From the NCBI GenBank assembly GCA_963797005.1, contig CAWCOF010000012.1:1863-65862 (forward strand): DNA of 64,000 nucleotides. The letters are read 5' to 3'. A program made the translations under genes and the position numbers. Under the pieces are notes generated by a model. It saw only the letters and a program-made list of their open reading frames with translations. It had not been told where the DNA came from and did not search any database. This document shows positions 57,998-64,000 of the stretch, in pieces; position 1 is the stretch's first letter; each line of letters begins with the position of its first letter. The DNA comes from an uncultured Alphaproteobacteria bacterium (GTDB taxonomy: Bacteria; Pseudomonadota; Alphaproteobacteria; Rhizobiales; Hyphomicrobiaceae).

Positions 57998-60900
57998 TTG
58001 GGCGATGTCGTGACCAGCAGACCAAGGCCTCGGGCCAAACAGCGGCCATCGGACCAACGGGAACTGGACCATTCGCTCGCCATGCTGGCTGCGCGCCGGC
58101 GCGACGCCATTCTCGAAGCGGTTGCAGCCAGCGCCAGCGTGCTCTTGCATTCGACGGACCTCAGAGGATCGCTGCCCAAGGTGGTCGAACGCCTCGGCGA
58201 CGCCACTGGCGTGGATCGGGTGCACCTCTTCGAGGTCACGCCCACCGCGGCCTCCGACGGCGGCTCGATCGCTTGGCATTTCGTTTGGAGCGCACCCGGC
58301 ATGATGCCGCGGGTGTTTGCCGACGAGATGGCATCCATGGCAGCCGTGGGGCTTGGCTCTTGGGTGACCAGGCTCGCCCGCGGCGAGACGACAGTCGGCG
58401 ACTTCGGGGATTTCGAAGAGCCCACCCGCCAGTTCTTCGAGAAGGGTCATGTCAAATCCGTCGTAGCTGTTCCCATCTTCGTCGACGACCGCTGGTGGGG
58501 AATGATCGGCCTCGACGACTGCCGGACAGAACGCGCTTGGTCCATGACCGAGATCGAAGCGTTCAAGACGCTGGCAGAGCTGGTCGGAGCCGCGATCGCC
58601 CGCAACCGCCATCTGGCCACGCTGGCGGGCGCGACGCGCATCATCGAGAACAGCCCGACGGTGGTTTACCGCCTCAGTCCGCAAGCGCCCTGCCCACTGA
58701 TTTTCGTTTCGCAGAATATCCAGCGATACGGCTACGACGCCAATGAACTGCTGGCTTCGCCGACCCGCTGGATAGAGCGCGTCGAAAAGGAGTACCACCC
58801 GCAAATCCTGAGCAACGTCAAGTCCCTCATCGACGGCGAAAAGAACGAGACCCTGGATGAATGGCGGTTGAGAAAGCCGGACGGTTCCCATGTCTGGTTC
58901 GAGGCGCATGGATATGCTCTGCACGACGAGGCGGGTCGGCTCATAGCCATCGAGGGCATCCTCACCGACATCACGGAACGCAAGCACATCGAGGCACGGC
59001 TGCATTTCGCCAATGCGTTGCTCGCCTCGGAGCTGGAGTGCTCGCCCGACGGCATCCTGGTCGTCGACGGCACCGCGCGGATCGTCTCCGTCAATCAGCG
59101 TTTCCTCGACATGTGGCAAATCTCGCCTGATCTGATGAGCGGCGGGGCCGAGGAGCCGCGCCTGCCGCAGTCCAACGCCGATGCGCCGGTCCTGGCGGCA
59201 GTTACGGCGCACATCAAGGACCCGGAGGCCTTCGCGGCAGGCGTCCGCTACCTCTATGACCATCCCGACGAGTTGGCCCGCGACCAGCTCGAGACCACGG
59301 ACGGCCGGTTCATCGACCGCCACACCAGGGCACTGCACGACGCCTCGGGCGGCTATCTCGGCCGGATCTGGTTCTTCCGCGACATCACGGACTTGAAGCA
59401 GGCGCAGCAGGCGCTGGCCGAGCGCGAGGAGAAATTCCGCACCATCGTCGCCTCCGTCAACGAGGGCATTTTCCTGGTCGATCCCGACACGGGCACCTTC
59501 GTCGATGTCAATCCGCCCGGCTGCACCATGTTCGGCTATGGGCGCGAGGAGCTGGTCGGCCGCGAGATCAGCATCATCTCGAGCGATGTGCCGCCCTACA
59601 CGCAGGGCTACGTCGTGCAATGGCATCGGAAGGCCCAGACCATCGGACCGCAGACGTTCGAGTGGCACTGCAAGGCGAACGACGGGCACCTGTTCTGGGG
59701 TGAGGTCTCGATTCGCAGCACGGCTCTCGGTGGAAGGAACATGATGCTCGCTACCGTGCGCGACATCACCGATCGCAAGCGCGTCGAGTCCGAATTGGTG
59801 AGGATGGCGCGCTACGATGGACTGACCGGCCTCGCTAATCGTGTGGTGTTTCTCGAGCGCCTCGGTCAGGCGATCGCCCGGGCCCGGCGCGGCTCGACGC
59901 AGTTTTCGATGCTCTATCTCGATCTCGACCACTTCAAGGACGTCAACGATACGCTCGGGCATCCGTTGGGCGATGCCCTCTTGCGCGCCGTCGCCGACCG
60001 CCTCCTCGATTGCGTGCGCAAGACGGATCTCGTCGCCCGTTTCGGCGGCGACGAGTTCGCCGTGCTGCAGGAGAATGTGACTGATCCTCAAGGCGCGGAG
60101 AGGCTTGCGATCAAGATCAGGGATTCCCTTTCTGCGCCCTATCTGATCGGGGGCAATCGCATACGCAGCACGGTGAGCATCGGCATCGTTCCCTACAGCG
60201 ACGACATCGGCGGGGTCGAAGCGATGATGATGAAGGCCGATCTCGCCCTCTATCGCGCCAAGAACGAAGGGCGGAACCGGTTTCGCTTCCACATGAGCGA
60301 GCTAGACGACGAGGTTCGCGAGCGGGTGACGATCGGCGAGGATCTGCGCCTCGCCGTCGAGCGCGACGAGTTCGCCCTCGTCTACCAGCCGCAGGTGGAG
60401 CTTGCCTCGGGCCGCATCGTCGGCCTGGAGGCCCTGATCCGATGGAACCATCCCGCGCGCGGCTTGCTGCTGCCCGCGGCCTTCATTCCGATTGCCGAGA
60501 CGACCGGCAGCATCCCCGCCATCGGCAAGTGGGTGATCGAGCGGGCTTGCCGGCAGATCGATCAATGGCGAAAACGGCTCCCGCAGGGATCCATGCCGGT
60601 CAGCGTGGCCGTGAACCTTTCCGCGGCGCAGTTCAGGCTGGCACCCGCTCTCGACCGCGTGATTGCCGGCAGCCTCGCCAAGTACAATGTCGACCCGAGC
60701 CTGCTCGAGCTGGAGCTCACCGAATCCGTCCTGATGGAAACGACGGAGAAGCACAAGGAGGCGTTCGACCGCCTGCGCCGGATCGGTCTGCGGCTGACGA
60801 TCGACGATTTCGGCACCGGCTATTCTTCGCTCGACTACCTGCGGTCGTTTCATGTCTCGCGCCTCAAGATCGATCGCAGGTTCGTGACAGAGGTCGCGAC

Positions 60901-61150
60901 GAACCCCGACGATGCCGCGATCGTGCGGGCGACCATCGGCCTGGCACACGCGCTGGGGATCGAAGTGGTGGCGGAAGGGGTGGAGACGGAGGCCCAGCGG
61001 CAGTTCCTCTTGGCGGCCGGCTGCACGCTGGCGCAAGGCCACTACTTCGGCGAAGCCTTGTCGGTCGACCGCACCACCGAGCTCCTGCACAAGAGCGGCA
61101 CGCTTCCGGCCATTCCGGCACCCATTCGGCAATCGGCGCCAGCACCTTGA
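57998..61150 (+). CDS. GAF - 3x PAS - GGDEF - EAL c-di-GMP signalling protein
   Basis: Intact ORF. The GAF region is ...VDRVHLFEV...VAVPIFVDDRWWGMIGLDDC. The PAS blocks end in DITERK, DITDLK and DITDRK. GGDEF has an intact RFGGDEFAVL site, and EAL has EALIRWNHP...DDFGTGYSSL. The start is ambiguous: TTG 57998, GTG 58010 or ATG 58082. Confidence 0.9.
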   Translation: MGDVVTSRPRPRAKQRPSDQRELDHSLAMLAARRRDAILEAVAASASVLLHSTDLRGSLPKVVERLGDATGVDRVHLFEVTPTAASDGGSIAWHFVWSAPGMMPRVFADEMASMAAVGLGSWVTRLARGETTVGDFGDFEEPTRQFFEKGHVKSVVAVPIFVDDRWWGMIGLDDCRTERAWSMTEIEAFKTLAELVGAAIARNRHLATLAGATRIIENSPTVVYRLSPQAPCPLIFVSQNIQRYGYDANELLASPTRWIERVEKEYHPQILSNVKSLIDGEKNETLDEWRLRKPDGSHVWFEAHGYALHDEAGRLIAIEGILTDITERKHIEARLHFANALLASELECSPDGILVVDGTARIVSVNQRFLDMWQISPDLMSGGAEEPRLPQSNADAPVLAAVTAHIKDPEAFAAGVRYLYDHPDELARDQLETTDGRFIDRHTRALHDASGGYLGRIWFFRDITDLKQAQQALAEREEKFRTIVASVNEGIFLVDPDTGTFVDVNPPGCTMFGYGREELVGREISIISSDVPPYTQGYVVQWHRKAQTIGPQTFEWHCKANDGHLFWGEVSIRSTALGGRNMMLATVRDITDRKRVESELVRMARYDGLTGLANRVVFLERLGQAIARARRGSTQFSMLYLDLDHFKDVNDTLGHPLGDALLRAVADRLLDCVRKTDLVARFGGDEFAVLQENVTDPQGAERLAIKIRDSLSAPYLIGGNRIRSTVSIGIVPYSDDIGGVEAMMMKADLALYRAKNEGRNRFRFHMSELDDEVRERVTIGEDLRLAVERDEFALVYQPQVELASGRIVGLEALIRWNHPARGLLLPAAFIPIAETTGSIPAIGKWVIERACRQIDQWRKRLPQGSMPVSVAVNLSAAQFRLAPALDRVIAGSLAKYNVDPSLLELELTESVLMETTEKHKEAFDRLRRIGLRLTIDDFGTGYSSLDYLRSFHVSRLKIDRRFVTEVATNPDDAAIVRATIGLAHALGIEVVAEGVETEAQRQFLLAAGCTLAQGHYFGEALSVDRTTELLHKSGTLPAIPAPIRQSAPAP

Positions 61151-61249
61151 TCGAGCCGACCGTCCTTTGACCGGCGTCAAAGCCGGAGGCTGGCGCTGGT
61201 GGTTTGATTGCCCGGAAGCGCGGACGTGCCCAATCAGGAGCAAGAAGAT

Positions 61250-61762
61250 ATGAGATCCGAGCGGACATGGATCGTGATCGCCGACGGCGCGCACGCGCGC
61301 GTGCTTGAGCATTTGGCCGGCGCTACCAAGCTAGCACCGGTCAAGGGCTTAACGTTCGACGTCGACCTGCCGCCGACGCATGAGATCGTCAGCGACCGAC
61401 CGGGCCGCACCTTCGAATCGAAGGGCAATGCCCGCCACGCCAAGACAGGACGCAGCGACCCTCACCGGGAGTTGAAGCGGGGGCTCGCAAAGGAGCTGGC
61501 AGGCGCGCTCAAGTCCAACCTTGCCACGAAGCGCTACGAGCACCTGGTGCTGGTGGCGCCCCCGACAACGCTGGGCGACCTGCGCGAGGCCCTGACGAAG
61601 GGCGTTCGGGCGCGCGTTGCCGCGGAACTCGCGCAAGACCTCGTCAAGACGCCGCAGAGCCAGCTGCTCCGGCATCTGCGCGACGTGCTGCCGGCGAAAG
61701 CAGCACGCCCGCCGATAGGGCGGCAGCGGACCGCCGCGCCCAGGGGCGCCACGAAGAAATAG
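61250..61762 (+). CDS. Host-attachment-protein (Hap) family protein
   Basis: The ATG at 61250 follows CAGGAGCAAGAAGAT: MRSERTWIVIADGAHARVLEH...HEIVSDRPGRTFESKGNARHAKTGRSDPHRELKRGLAKELAGAL...YEHLVLVAPPTTLGDLREAL. The pattern matches the Host_attach family as I recall it, which has been proposed to be related to release-factor-like folds. Confidence 0.6.
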   Translation: MRSERTWIVIADGAHARVLEHLAGATKLAPVKGLTFDVDLPPTHEIVSDRPGRTFESKGNARHAKTGRSDPHRELKRGLAKELAGALKSNLATKRYEHLVLVAPPTTLGDLREALTKGVRARVAAELAQDLVKTPQSQLLRHLRDVLPAKAARPPIGRQRTAAPRGATKK

Positions 61763-61775
61763 GCGAAGCGCAGTC

Positions 61776-62144
61776 CTATTGCGCGGGCTTCAGGCTGAGA
61801 ATGTAGGCGACGACGTCGCGAATCTCCGCGACGGTCAGCTGCGTGTTCGGCATGGCAGGGTGCGGCACGATGATTCGCCCCGCGAGATGTTCGGCCGTCA
61901 CGTCCTTTTTGCGCGCGATGGCTGCGAACGTCGGCACATCGGGGTTGACCGTTCCCGCAGAATTGGGCGAGACGATGTGGCAGACGGTGCAGACCCGCTC
62001 CGCCAGCTCGTGCCCCCGCTTGGCATCCCCCCTGTTCATCTGCGCCGAGGCCGGGCCCGCAATCGCGATCCCGCCGACCGCCATGACTGCAATTGCCACC
62101 CCCGCGATGGACCTGTTCGACCACCTCTGCGTCAACACCTTCAT
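61776..62144 (-). CDS. Class I c-type cytochrome (monohaem), periplasmic
   Basis: The ATG at 62144 follows CCGGAGGTCGTCAG. The signal peptide is MKVLTQRWSNRSIAGVAIAVMAVGGIAIAGPASA, the haem motif CTVCH and the distal Met candidate PHPAMP. Confidence 0.75.
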   Translation of the reverse strand: MKVLTQRWSNRSIAGVAIAVMAVGGIAIAGPASAQMNRGDAKRGHELAERVCTVCHIVSPNSAGTVNPDVPTFAAIARKKDVTAEHLAGRIIVPHPAMPNTQLTVAEIRDVVAYILSLKPAQ

Positions 62145-62346
62145 CTGACGACCTCCGGTACGATTTGCGCGGTGCCTCACGTGAGCGTGATCGATGCCGC
62201 ATCCACCACGCGCGATAGGGCCACAAAAGCAGCCCTTTGCATTGCGTCAAGTCAACCTGGGAGGCGAATGGCCGCGATTCCCCTGCTGAGCTGTTGCCTT
62301 TTGATGGAGATCAAGGGCATTCACAGGACGCGCGTATCATCAATGG

Positions 62347-63522
62347 GTGGCCCACCGGGCCAAGCCCCCGAAAACCGAGGACGCCTTGACCGAGACGCCT
62401 CATCTGACCGGCACCGTGCGCGACGGACGCCTGGAGCTGGCCGCGGCGGGCGCGTGGACCGCGGGGCACGCCAGCGAGCTCGAGCTGCTGGTCGAAAATG
62501 TCGCCCGCCAGTCCATGTCCGCCGAGAGTGCGACCATCAATATGCGCGAGGTCGCCGCCTTCGACACCTATGGCGCCTGGCTGCTCGAGCGGCTGGGGCG
62601 CGCCTGGCAGGCGCAGGGGCGGGAAATGCACGTACTCGAGCTGCCGAAGCGGTATGAGGGCGTGCTGGCTGAGATGCACGCCACCAATCGCAAGGCTGAG
62701 CCGAAGCCGGCAGGCGCGAACAGGGTCGTGCGCGCGCTGGAGACCACGGGGCGGACCGTGGCCGGCCTGGGACGCGATCTCGTCGTATTCCTCAACATGC
62801 TCGGTGCGCTGGGCGAGGCCCTGATCAAGGTGCTGCGGCGGCCGCGGACCTTTCGCCTCACCTCGGCCGTACATCACCTCGACCGCGTGGCCTGGCAGGC
62901 GGTGCCGATCATCCTGCTCATCACTTTCCTGATCGGCGGGATCATCGCGCAGCAGGGGTTCTTCCACTTCCGCAAGTTCGGCGCCGACGAATACGTGGTC
63001 GATATGGTCGGCATCCTGGTGCTGCGCGAGATCGGCGTGCTGATCGTGGCCATCATGGTTGCCGGCCGGTCGGGCAGCTCCTACACCGCCGAGCTCGGCT
63101 CCATGAAGATGCGCGAGGAGATCGATGCCCTGCGCACCATGGGGGTCGATCCCGTCGAGATCCTTCTGCTGCCGCGCGTCATCGCCCTGGTGCTGGCCTT
63201 GCCGCTGCTGACGTTCCTGGGCTCGATGGCGGCGCTCTACGGCGGCGGGCTGGTTGCCTGGGCCTATGGTGGCATGGCCCCGGAGATCTTCATTTCGCGT
63301 CTCAGGGAGGCGATCTCGATCGACCACTTCCAGGTGGGCATGATCAAGGCGCCCTTCATGGCGCTGGCAATCGGCGTCGTGGCGTGCTCGGAGGGTCTGA
63401 AAGTCGAGGGCAGCGCCAAGTCGCTGGGGCTGCAGACGACCGCCTCTGTCGTCAAATCGATCTTCCTGGTGATCGTGCTCGATGGCCTGTTCGCCATATT
63501 CTTTGCCTCGATCGGAATGTGA
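62347..63522 (+). CDS. MlaE-family ABC permease with N-terminal STAS-like domain
   Basis: From the GTG at 62347, the N-terminal ~120 aa (LTGTVRDGRLELAAAGAWTAGHASELELLV...INMREVAAFDTYGAWLL) are followed by an MlaE core: FLIGGIIAQQGFFHFRKFGADEYVVDMVGILVLREIGVLIVAIMVAGRSGSSYTAELGSMKMREEIDALRTMGVDP. The frame is intact. Confidence 0.8.
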   Translation: MAHRAKPPKTEDALTETPHLTGTVRDGRLELAAAGAWTAGHASELELLVENVARQSMSAESATINMREVAAFDTYGAWLLERLGRAWQAQGREMHVLELPKRYEGVLAEMHATNRKAEPKPAGANRVVRALETTGRTVAGLGRDLVVFLNMLGALGEALIKVLRRPRTFRLTSAVHHLDRVAWQAVPIILLITFLIGGIIAQQGFFHFRKFGADEYVVDMVGILVLREIGVLIVAIMVAGRSGSSYTAELGSMKMREEIDALRTMGVDPVEILLLPRVIALVLALPLLTFLGSMAALYGGGLVAWAYGGMAPEIFISRLREAISIDHFQVGMIKAPFMALAIGVVACSEGLKVEGSAKSLGLQTTASVVKSIFLVIVLDGLFAIFFASIGM

Positions 63523-63530
63523 GCACAGCC

Positions 63531-64000
63531 ATGGCTACCCCCCTCCCAGGCCCGGCGATCCGCGTGCGCGACCTCGTGGTCGGCTTCGGCGATCACATCG
63601 TGCTCGACCATCTCTCTCTCGACGTCGAGCGCGGCGAGATCCTGGGTTTCGTCGGCGGCTCGGGCAGCGGCAAATCCGTCCTGCTCAGAACCATCATCGG
63701 GCTGCTGCCGAAGCGCCAGGGCTCCATCGAGGTGCTGGGCGTCGACATGGACAAGGCCGCCGACCGGCAACGCCACGCCATCGAGCGGCGCTGGGGCGTG
63801 CTGTTCCAGCAAGGCGCGCTGTTCTCGTCGCTGACGGCGCTGCAGAACGTGCAGTTTCCAATGCGTGAGTATCTGGATCTCTCCGACAGGCTGCTCAAAG
63901 AGATGGCGCTGGCGAAGCTCGAGATGGTCGGCCTCGACGCGGGCGACGGCGACAAGCTTCCCGCCGAGCTCTCCGGCGGCATGACCAAGCGCGTGGCGCT
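63531..64000 (+). CDS. MlaF-like ABC transporter ATP-binding protein, 5' part (runs off the window end)
   Basis: Not in the ORF track because there is no stop. My translation from ATG 63531 is MATPLPGPAIRVRDLVVGFGDHIVLDHLSLDVERGEILGFVGGSGSGKSVLLRTIIGLL...WGVLFQQGALFSSLTALQNVQFPMRE...LPAELSGGMTKRVA. Confidence 0.8.
   Translation, partial: MATPLPGPAIRVRDLVVGFGDHIVLDHLSLDVERGEILGFVGGSGSGKSVLLRTIIGLLPKRQGSIEVLGVDMDKAADRQRHAIERRWGVLFQQGALFSSLTALQNVQFPMREYLDLSDRLLKEMALAKLEMVGLDAGDGDKLPAELSGGMTKRVA

Noticed and set aside
61165-61182. A perfect 7-bp hairpin, ctttgac-cggc-gtcaaag, 15 nt after the GGDEF-EAL stop, considered as an intrinsic terminator.
   Set aside because: No U-tract follows, and the stem is short and only moderately GC-rich. 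This is insufficient to call a terminator.

Overview
This is a GC-rich, almost fully coding 64-kb segment (about two-thirds G+C by eye, not computed). Gene content and REP-type repeats look alphaproteobacterial or Rhizobiales-like, but the taxon cannot be verified here. I call about 50 protein genes, one group II intron, one IS transposase fragment and several short repeats. I saw no rRNA, tRNA or CRISPR array.

Gene order:
- 1-3.4 kb: mobile-element junction with an rve/DDE transposase running off the window, a ~2-kb group II intron whose RT/maturase is frameshifted, and a 5'-truncated Spy/CpxP-like gene.
- 4.0-6.5 kb: a bamA copy outside its canonical neighbourhood, frameshifted in the barrel.
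- 7.0-9.0 kb: HK/OmpR two-component pair.
- 9.2-12.5 kb: macAB-type efflux.
- 12.6-18.4 kb: OYE flavin oxidoreductase, hyuB, hyuA and an XRE-cupin regulator.
- 18.6-24.0 kb: PotABCD-like importer plus FAD oxidoreductase.
- 24.0-37.7 kb: divergent hyu-like/peptide catabolic island. One arm has an M28 peptidase, an Asp/Glu/hydantoin racemase, a Dpp-type importer and an M81/MlrC peptidase. The other arm has a second hyuB-hyuA pair.
- 37.7-38.7 kb: quinone oxidoreductase.
- 39.0-46.7 kb: Cys-type FDH-N locus with fdhD, fdnGHI, a TAT-target peptide, a TorD-like chaperone, DUF3306 and two small unlisted or unnamed ORFs.
- 47.1-57.4 kb: allophanate hydrolase, then GntR, AtzH-, AtzE- and AtzG-like genes downstream of a Gsi/Dpp-type importer.
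- 58.0-64.0 kb: GAF-PAS-GGDEF-EAL protein, Hap-family protein, cytochrome c and mlaEF-like genes.

Main signals beyond annotation:
- An 8.4-kb block (9231-17651) has raw-read-like indel density and sharp boundaries, set against a background of sparse frameshifts, several of them at homopolymers. This is most simply an assembly-quality artefact, but it needs checking.
- A ~170-bp nested palindromic REP-like element is read through in frame inside the inter-domain linker of a fused ABC ATPase.
- The FDH operon contains uncharacterised small ORFs.
- The hyu-like island has M28 and M81 peptidases where a canonical N-carbamoylase would be expected.

Nothing in the window resembles a known defence system. 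I cannot show a genuinely new system from sequence alone.

Note on the ORF track: it uses alternative start codons printed as M, and in this GC-rich DNA many of its longest ORFs are antisense or out-of-frame artefacts.
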